This document shows, in pieces, positions 57,958-64,000 of a DNA stretch of 64,000 nt. Source of the stretch: a bacterium (GTDB taxonomy: Bacteria; Verrucomicrobiota; Kiritimatiellia; CAIKKV01; CAITUY01); contig JBAXWB010000011.1 in assembly GCA_037128595.1 (NCBI GenBank), positions 17,714-81,713 on the forward strand. The letters are read 5' to 3'. The translations under genes were made by a program, and so were the position numbers. The notes under the pieces were generated by a model, which made no database searches, was not told where the DNA came from, and was given only the letters and a program-made list of their open reading frames with translations. Position 1 is the first letter of the stretch. Each line of letters begins with the position of its first letter.

Positions 57958-59730
57958 TTAAAACAGGCCCTTTACCCGGCCGGACTCCACATCGATATCA
58001 ATATTATTGAAGGCTGGCTCCGATGCCGTTCCCGGCATCAGCTTGATCTCGCCCGCCACCGGCACCACAAAGCCGGCGCCCCGATAGACCAGCATGTCGC
58101 GGATCGGCAGGGTCCAGCCCTTGGGCCGTCCCTTGAGGTTGGGATCATGCGAGAGGCTGAGATGCGTCTTCACCATGCAGGTGCCCATCGCCGCCGTGGC
58201 GGGATCTGCCTCGAACTTCAACACCTTCTCCATCGCCACATCGCTGAACGTCACGCCATCAGCCCCGTAGATTTCCTTGGCGATCAACTCAATCCGCTGA
58301 CGGTGCGGGGTGGTGAGATCGTACAGGAATTTGAAGTCATTCTTTTCATTGGCCGCCGTCACCACCACTTCCGCCAGCTCGCGGGCCCCTTCGCCCCCCT
58401 TGAGCCAATGCTGGGAAAGCGCCGCATAGGCCCCATGCTGCTGAGCGATCTTCTTCACTAACGCCACTTCGGCCGGCGTGTCCGTGTAAAAGCCATTGAT
58501 GCAGACCACCGGACGGACCCCGGACTTTTTAATGATTTCAATGTGGGCAATGAGGTTCTCGCACCCCTTCTCAAGCAGCCCGAGATTCTCCCGGGTATAG
58601 GCCTCATCGAGCTTGGCGCCGGGTTTGACGGCGGGTCCCCCGCCATGCATCTTGAGCGCGCGGATCGTCGCCACCAACACCACCGCACTCGGCTTCAGGC
58701 CGGAGAACCGGCATTTCAGGTTCCAGAATTTCTCATACCCGATGTCCGCCGCAAACCCGCTTTCGGTGACATGATAGTCCGCCAGCCGGGTCCCGATTTC
58801 ATCGGCGATAATGGAGCTCTGCCCGATGGCGATATTCGCGAATGGACCGGCATGCACAAAGATCGGCTGCCCCTCAACGGTTTGCACCAGCGTGGGATGA
58901 ATGGCCTCGACCATCCAGGCCGCCATCGCCCCGTCCACCTTGAGGTCAGCGGTGGTGATTTCATTGCCATCCTTATCGCAGGCCAGGACCATCTTCGCCA
59001 GGCGCTGCCTCAAATCCTTGAGATCCTTGGAGACCGCCAGAATGGCCATGACTTCGCTGCCCACGGAAATCTGGAAGCCGGACTCCATCTCAAAGCCGTC
59101 CATCTTACTGCCCCGGCCGATGGTGATGTTGCGCAGACTCTGGGCACAGAAGTCCATACACCACTTCACGCTCACCCGCGCGGGGTCCACGTTCAGGCGG
59201 CGGATGCCGGTCCTGGCCAGACGGGCATCATCATAGTTCTGCTCGTGCTGCATGCGGGAGGTCAAGGCCACCAGCGCCAGATTGTGCGCGTTGGTGATGG
59301 AGTCGATATCCCCCGTCATGCGAATCGAAAAAGGAGCCAATGGAATACACTGAGCCAGGCCACCGCCCGCCGCAGAGCCCTTGATATTGAACGTCGGGCC
59401 CCCGCTGGGCTGGCGGATGGCGCCCGTCACACTCTTGCCCAGCACCGACAACCCCTCAATCAGCCCGATGGTGGTGGTGGTCTTGCCCTCGCCGAGCGGC
59501 GTGGGGGTAATGGCCGTGACATCGATATACTTGCCCACGGGCCTGGAGCCGATGCGCTCCATCACCGCGCGCTGGTCCACTTTGGCCAGTTGCCGGCCCA
59601 TCATGATCACTTCGCTTTCGTGAAGTCCCAACTCCGAGGCCAACTGCATGACCGGCTTCATGGTCTGCTCGGCGGCTTCGGCAATCTGCCAGTCCTTCAT
59701 CTTTGTCGGATCCAAAATCGGTCGTGTCAT
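57958..59730 (-). CDS. fhs: formate--tetrahydrofolate ligase
   Basis: [18 protein letters not shown]-loop and full-length FTHFS. Start 59730 has an AAAGGA SD with a 6-nt spacer. Confidence 0.92.
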   Translation of the reverse strand: MTRPILDPTKMKDWQIAEAAEQTMKPVMQLASELGLHESEVIMMGRQLAKVDQRAVMERIGSRPVGKYIDVTAITPTPLGEGKTTTTIGLIEGLSVLGKSVTGAIRQPSGGPTFNIKGSAAGGGLAQCIPLAPFSIRMTGDIDSITNAHNLALVALTSRMQHEQNYDDARLARTGIRRLNVDPARVSVKWCMDFCAQSLRNITIGRGSKMDGFEMESGFQISVGSEVMAILAVSKDLKDLRQRLAKMVLACDKDGNEITTADLKVDGAMAAWMVEAIHPTLVQTVEGQPIFVHAGPFANIAIGQSSIIADEIGTRLADYHVTESGFAADIGYEKFWNLKCRFSGLKPSAVVLVATIRALKMHGGGPAVKPGAKLDEAYTRENLGLLEKGCENLIAHIEIIKKSGVRPVVCINGFYTDTPAEVALVKKIAQQHGAYAALSQHWLKGGEGARELAEVVVTAANEKNDFKFLYDLTTPHRQRIELIAKEIYGADGVTFSDVAMEKVLKFEADPATAAMGTCMVKTHLSLSHDPNLKGRPKGWTLPIRDMLVYRGAGFVVPVAGEIKLMPGTASEPAFNNIDIDVESGRVKGLF

Positions 59731-59749
59731 AAATAGTCCTTTATTCCGC

Positions 59750-60769
59750 TCACTCCACTAATTTGCCTTCGCGATGCGCCATGATGAATTCCACCCCGAA
59801 CATATCCTCGCCCGTCAACAGCGCCCGTGCCAACGTGAACGACTCGGAGGTGGTATCCACGGCCGACAGGATTTTTGCATTCATTTGCAGGGGGTCCAAA
59901 ATCCCGCTGTCACCACCCGCCTCCACCACCATCCAGGTGAACACCTGATTGATGAGCTTACGGGCCGGCATCCCGAACGACACATTGCTCAAGCCGCCGG
60001 AGATGTGAATCTCAGGGCCATAGGCCTTCCGGATGGCGGCCACGGATTCCAGAAAGGACTGGGCGTTGTTCGAGTCCGTCGCCACCGGAAAGACCAGGGG
60101 ATCCACGTACACATCCGAACCGCGAATGCCCACGGCATCGAGGAGCGGCATGAGGCGGCTGATGTTCGCCAGCCTCTGCTCCGTGTTGCCGGGCAGGTCC
60201 TTCTCTCCTGCCGCCGAGGCAATGACCACCGCCTTGAATTCGGCCGCAACCGGAATGGACTCCTGCCGCTCGAGCGACACCGAGTTCACCATGGGCCGGC
60301 CCCGCCGGGAATCACAGGCCTGCAGACCCGCACGCAGAATCGCGGGATTGGAGGAATCAATACTCAGTGGAATCGACGCCGTGGCCTGCACCACCTCCGC
60401 CACCCACTGGATCGCACGGCACCGCTCGGCAATATCAGTGCTGAACTCGTCCACATTCACATCCAGGAATGAGGCATCGGCCCGCTCCTGCCGCATGGCC
60501 AGGTAACGGAGATAATCCACGGCCGCCGCCTTGCCGGCCGCATCCCCATACAACCCCTGCCAGACCGCCACGGCACAATGCTTGATTTTGCCGGCCTCCC
60601 AATCCGCCGTCTTTAAAAAATGCTCAGGAATGGGCAACGCGCGCGCGTCCGCCTTGCCCCCGTAGACCACCGCGAACCGGCCGTCGTCCAACTGCTTTAC
60701 AAAATTACCACCCACTTTATAAATACGGGTACAATGGATATTCTCACCCACCACAATTAATGTTTTCAA
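59750..60769 (-). CDS. pterin-binding (dihydropteroate-synthase-like TIM barrel) methyltetrahydrofolate methyltransferase, AcsE/MtrH/MetH-domain-like
   Basis: Pterin-binding barrel pattern and C1 context. TTG start preceded by GGAGGGG. Confidence 0.55.
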   Translation of the reverse strand: MKTLIVVGENIHCTRIYKVGGNFVKQLDDGRFAVVYGGKADARALPIPEHFLKTADWEAGKIKHCAVAVWQGLYGDAAGKAAAVDYLRYLAMRQERADASFLDVNVDEFSTDIAERCRAIQWVAEVVQATASIPLSIDSSNPAILRAGLQACDSRRGRPMVNSVSLERQESIPVAAEFKAVVIASAAGEKDLPGNTEQRLANISRLMPLLDAVGIRGSDVYVDPLVFPVATDSNNAQSFLESVAAIRKAYGPEIHISGGLSNVSFGMPARKLINQVFTWMVVEAGGDSGILDPLQMNAKILSAVDTTSESFTLARALLTGEDMFGVEFIMAHREGKLVE

Positions 60770-60797
60770 ATGCCCCTCCTGACTCGTTCTTCAAAAC

Positions 60798-60811
60798 GTG
60801 CCTAATATGGC
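60798..60811. promoter_or_regulatory. inverted repeat TGCC-TAATAT-GGCA abutting the AraC-family regulator ATG in a 42-nt divergent intergenic region (candidate autoregulatory operator)
   Basis: Seen in sequence. It occupies the place of an SD for the regulator gene. Confidence 0.3.
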
Positions 60812-62203
60812 ATGCACCTCCCCGATATTCTTGGACAAACAGGCGTGATTATTGCACAATCTGGCATTGTGAAATTAAGACCCGAGACCTCTGAGCTCAC
60901 CCATCTGCTGCAGGAAATCGAAGAGATTGCCGGACAAGGGGCCGTTTATCACGCCCTTTACGAGCGGCAGGTGCTTCTGAACAAAAAAGTCTGCACCTTC
61001 TGCCGACAGGCACTGGCCCATCCGGTCGCCGCCTCGTTATGCCGGGTGGCCTGCTGTAATGGGACCTTGCAATCAATGAGCGCGGGGGAGCCGTATTATT
61101 TCCGATGCTGGGCCAATCTGCTGGTGATCGCCATTCCGGTGGCGCCCCATGGCAAGTGCATCGGCGGCATTACGCTGGGCGGCTTCTGTGTGAGTGGCGA
61201 AAAACCGGACATCCGGGAGGCCGTTACCCAGTTGGCCCGGTCATGGCCTGACGCCCATCCCGCCACCTTCCTGAAGCAATTGGAGTCGGTGAAACTCATC
61301 ACTCCCGCCGCCTTGAGAGGCCTGGGGGCCCTGGCGATGGAGACCACCTTTTCCAATGGCATTAATTCGAGTGAGTTTTTCCGCAGGCAAAATGGGAAAT
61401 ATCTCCAGCAACGCCGGATCGCCGAGGCGGCCGCCGAGATCCGGGAGAACCCTGAGGCCACGCCGGACATCCCGGGCAATACCTATCAGCTCATTACATT
61501 TCTGAATAAGGGCAATAAGCCTGAGGCCCACACCTTCATTTCGCAATATCTCGCAAAACTCCTGCTGGCGAGTAATTGGGACCCGCTAAAATTGAAGGCC
61601 CATCTTCGCGTCCTGCTGGCCGTCATGACGAGTCAGGATATTCTGCGGGGCACCCCCTGGGCGGTCGCCACCAGCCGGGAACTGCGCAACATGGTCCGGC
61701 TGGAGCAGGCCCGCACGACGGAGGAAAGCTGTTACGAGGTGACGGAATGGATCCAGCAGTTTTTTGTCGGACAGAACACCCTGACTCACGACGGGCGCAG
61801 CCTGGCCGAGCGGGTCACCCACTGGCTTCAATCCCATTATCCGGAGAGCGTCACGCTTGACCTGGCATCAAAGGCCGTGGGGGTGAGTTCCTCAACGCTC
61901 GTGCACCGCTTACGGCAGGAAGTGGGAAAAACCTTCAAGGAAATCCTCACCGAGATCCGTATTTCAGAGGCCAAGAAATTCCTCGCCACCACCTCGCTGG
62001 ACATCAGCGGTATCGGGGACGCCTGCGGTTTCTTCGACCAGAGCCATTTTACGCGGGAATTCAAGAAAGCCATCAATCTCACCCCGGGCGCATTCCGGAA
62101 ACTGCTCCGCGTGCCCGACGAAGCCCTGAACCGGCCCGGCAGCGGAAATCTCGATGAAACCGCGCCTTTGAGAAAACGGAAGACAGTTAGCAGTAAGCAG
62201 TAG
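60812..62203 (+). CDS. AraC-family transcriptional regulator with an N-terminal Cys-rich sensory (PocR-like) domain
   Basis: C-terminal dual HTH_AraC (LASKAVGVSSSTLVHRLRQ ... ISGIGDACGFFDQSHFTREFKK). The last five codons (VSSKQ) are encoded by the heptad repeat. Confidence 0.8.
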   Translation: MHLPDILGQTGVIIAQSGIVKLRPETSELTHLLQEIEEIAGQGAVYHALYERQVLLNKKVCTFCRQALAHPVAASLCRVACCNGTLQSMSAGEPYYFRCWANLLVIAIPVAPHGKCIGGITLGGFCVSGEKPDIREAVTQLARSWPDAHPATFLKQLESVKLITPAALRGLGALAMETTFSNGINSSEFFRRQNGKYLQQRRIAEAAAEIRENPEATPDIPGNTYQLITFLNKGNKPEAHTFISQYLAKLLLASNWDPLKLKAHLRVLLAVMTSQDILRGTPWAVATSRELRNMVRLEQARTTEESCYEVTEWIQQFFVGQNTLTHDGRSLAERVTHWLQSHYPESVTLDLASKAVGVSSSTLVHRLRQEVGKTFKEILTEIRISEAKKFLATTSLDISGIGDACGFFDQSHFTREFKKAINLTPGAFRKLLRVPDEALNRPGSGNLDETAPLRKRKTVSSKQ

Positions 62204-62267
62204 GCAGATACCAAATTCTACCCACTGTCTACTGCCCACTGCTTACTGCCCACTGCTCACTGGCTTC
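62186..62267. repeat. heptad-repeat element: 2.4 CAGTRRG units on the plus strand (62190-62207) facing 6 units on the minus strand (62221-62262); forms a 17/18-bp hairpin between convergent genes
   Basis: Direct reading. Plus 62190-62207 pairs with 62232-62249. It shares cactggcttc with the 38825-38860 locus. Confidence 0.7.
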
Positions 62268-62862
62268 AATTCTTCCCGTGCGCCTGCTCATAACGCTTGA
62301 TCTCATCCCGGAGTTTGGCGGCCTCTTCGTAGTCTTCTTTGGCGATCGCCTTTTCCTGTTTGGCCTTCAACTGCTCGAGCGGAGAGCCCTTCGATTTGGC
62401 GGATTTGGCGGGTTCGCCGGCCTGCGCCTTGCCGGACGCTTCCGCCTTCGCGTCGGCCTCCTTCTCTTCCGCAATCACGACCCCCGCCTTATTCATCACC
62501 TGCGCGGTCACATAGAGCGGGGAGGAGCACCGCAACCCAAGGGCGATCGCATCACTCGGCCGGGCGTCAATCTCGGTTTCAACCCCGTCATGTTCCAACA
62601 CCAGTACCGCAAAAAAAGTATTATCCACCACATCCTTGATCACCACCCGCATTAAGCGACACTCCATGCAATCCAGTACGTTTTTGAACAGATCATGGGT
62701 CAGGGGACGGGGAATTTGAACCTTTTCAAGCCACAAGGCAATCGACTGGGCTTCCGCCCCGCCAATGAATATGGGCAGCGTCCGGGGATCGGGATCCCCC
62801 TTGAGCAGAACCACAAATCCCAGATTGGACAACGATAACCCGGCTACTTTGACATGAATCAT
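62266..62862 (-). CDS. bifunctional-nuclease (BFN/DUF151) domain protein with a C-terminal UVR (UvrB/UvrC-type) motif
   Basis: DUF151 core (VVLLKGD...PIFIGGAEAQSIA) and a C-terminal AKEDYEEAAKLRDEI UVR-like helix. Confidence 0.65.
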   Translation of the reverse strand: MIHVKVAGLSLSNLGFVVLLKGDPDPRTLPIFIGGAEAQSIALWLEKVQIPRPLTHDLFKNVLDCMECRLMRVVIKDVVDNTFFAVLVLEHDGVETEIDARPSDAIALGLRCSSPLYVTAQVMNKAGVVIAEEKEADAKAEASGKAQAGEPAKSAKSKGSPLEQLKAKQEKAIAKEDYEEAAKLRDEIKRYEQAHGKN

Positions 62863-62919
62863 AAATTACCTCGTATGGCTGCACTCTATCACCCTTTCGC
62901 GTGCCGTGAAAAGGTTCTA

Positions 62920-62948
62920 TTGAAGAGATCCACCGTAACGACTATATA
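62920..62948 (+). promoter_or_regulatory. sigma-70-type promoter candidate (TTGAAG-N17-TATATA) giving a near-leaderless GNAT transcript
   Basis: Hexamers with a 17-nt spacer. The -10 ends 10 nt before the ATG at 62959. Confidence 0.3.
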
Positions 62949-62958
62949 TAAGCCCCTG

Positions 62959-63477
62959 ATGAAACTCATTTCATGTGACGCACGCCACCTGCCGGCCATC
63001 ATGGCTATTTTTAATGAGGCCATTCTCCATTCCACCGCCCTCTGGGACGACACTACCAGATCCCTTGAAACAGTGTCAGCCTGGTTTGAGGCCAAAGCCA
63101 AGGACGGCTTTCCCGTCGTTGTAATTGAAAATGACGCCCGTGAGCTCATGGGCTTTGCCACCTACGGAGTCTTTCGCAACAAGCCGGGATACAAATATAC
63201 CGTTGAGCATTCCATCTATGTTGACGCCCGGTTCCGGGGGAAGGGCATTGGCACCCACCTGATGCAGGAGTTGATCCGCCTCGCCCAAGCCCAGCAGTTC
63301 CACACCCTGGTCGGGGCCATCGATACGACCAACGAAGCCAGCATGGCCCTCCATCGCCGCCTCGGGTTTGAGTACTGCGGCACCATCAAACAGGCGGGCT
63401 TCAAGTTCGGCCGCTGGCTTGACATGGCCTTCTATCAGCTCCTCCTCCCCACCCCCACCGCGCCGGTCAGCAGATAA
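62959..63477 (+). CDS. GNAT family N-acetyltransferase (phosphinothricin/YncA-like)
   Basis: MGFATYGVFRNKPGYKYTVEHSIYVDARFRGKGIGTHLM (acetyl-CoA-binding motif A). Start at MKLISCDARHL. Confidence 0.8.
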   Translation: MKLISCDARHLPAIMAIFNEAILHSTALWDDTTRSLETVSAWFEAKAKDGFPVVVIENDARELMGFATYGVFRNKPGYKYTVEHSIYVDARFRGKGIGTHLMQELIRLAQAQQFHTLVGAIDTTNEASMALHRRLGFEYCGTIKQAGFKFGRWLDMAFYQLLLPTPTAPVSR

Positions 63478-63528
63478 TTTGTAATATCTCATCTTTTCCG
63501 CGTAATACGGACTAGAGGGTAAGATCCA

Positions 63529-64000
63529 GTGAACGAAACCGAACTCGACCAACTCATAGAACGGATCCAAAACGGGGATCGGGATGCCTTTGGCGACGTG
63601 GTGTTCGCCATCCGCAAGGAGTTACGGATCTTCCTCTCCGCCCACGCCTGTTCCATTGATATGGTCGAAGAAGTGCTCCAGCACACGCTCGTGGTCTGTT
63701 ACGAAAACATCGCGAAATATGAACGACGCGGCACCTTCCTCTCCTGGACCAAGGGCATTGCCCGGAATCTGATGCTCAAAGAGTTGAAGGCACGCTCCCG
63801 ATACGTTGCCCCCGGCGAAGATGAACTCGACCGGATCGTACTGGATGCCGCCGTGCATTCCGTGCAGGCCCAAGACCGCGAAGAGGAGTATGTGGAACGC
63901 CTCCGCCATTGTCTCACCAAACTGCCCGAAGACTCCCGCAAGCTGGTCGAACAACGTTATTTCAACCGCTTGTCCATCCGGGAACTGGCCGCCCTCACCC
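63529..64000 (+). CDS. RNA polymerase sigma-70 family ECF sigma factor (N-terminal 157 aa; runs off the window)
   Basis: GTG start after AGAGGG. Region 2 (GDRDAFGDVV...FLSWTKGIARNL) and region 4 (LPEDSRKLVEQRYFNRLSIRELA). Confidence 0.8.
   Translation, partial: MNETELDQLIERIQNGDRDAFGDVVFAIRKELRIFLSAHACSIDMVEEVLQHTLVVCYENIAKYERRGTFLSWTKGIARNLMLKELKARSRYVAPGEDELDRIVLDAAVHSVQAQDREEEYVERLRHCLTKLPEDSRKLVEQRYFNRLSIRELAALT

Noticed and set aside
60795-60815. Sigma-54 promoter (TGGCAT) in front of the AraC-family regulator
   Set aside because: No TTGC(A/T) element at the required -12 spacing. The sequence is better described as the TGCC-N6-GGCA inverted repeat.
1-64000. CRISPR arrays, tRNA, rRNA and tmRNA genes
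   Set aside because: No regularly spaced direct repeats of 24-48 bp were seen, and no T-loop (GGTTCGAATCC-like) or acceptor-stem patterns were found in the few sizeable intergenic regions. The only tandem repeats are the 7-nt CAGTRRG arrays and a GGTAATGG doublet.

Overview
The window is a 64-kb, high-GC, mostly housekeeping chromosomal segment. The gene content suggests a Gram-negative bacterium of PVC-like affinity: a gspD-gspE-gspF core without pseudopilins in the window, HprK/HPr/EI next to lptCAB-hpf, and an ECF sigma factor. This placement is inference.

Blocks, in order:
- (+) nitronate monooxygenase-like flavoprotein, mtaB, infA(-), smc, an inositol monophosphatase-family gene, a tandem HtrA-like protease plus catalytically dead paralog, gpmI, and a ykgJ-like gene.
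- A 19-kb all-minus super-block: GIY-YIG gene, gspF-gspE-gspD-lpxA-fabZ-metK, then ptsI-ptsH-hprK-hpf-lptB-lptA-lptC-kdsA-kdsB-hldE(kinase)-hypothetical-yggS, then a GH15 glucoamylase-like gene and azoR.
- (+) rpoN, translationally coupled to a secreted S1 peptidase.
- (-) trpE-trpG-trpD with an unusual leader.
- A small low-GC islet of hypotheticals.
- (-) pgm, a TIM-barrel hydrolase, an orphan YejB-like permease and gnd.
- A roughly 10-kb minus-strand sugar-acid / amino-sugar cluster (SDR, LarA-family racemase homolog, NAD-epimerase, PfkB kinase, UxaE-like TIM barrel, short NagA-like, class-III aminotransferase, Gfo/Idh/MocA, mutarotase).
- A roughly 310-bp MITE-like element with 32-bp terminal inverted repeats in the divergent region in front of queG.
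- A folD-fhs-pterin-methyltransferase one-carbon cluster with a divergent AraC/PocR-like regulator.
- A BFN nuclease gene, a GNAT gene, and the start of an ECF sigma factor.

No rRNA, tRNA or CRISPR array was recognised. The most unusual non-coding signals are the MITE-like element, a dispersed CAGTRRG heptad-repeat element at two loci, and the trp leader, which carries a palindrome over the RBS plus a Trp-containing upstream ORF. No clear defence or mobile island was found. The candidates for novel biology are regulatory or structural rather than a discrete multi-gene system.
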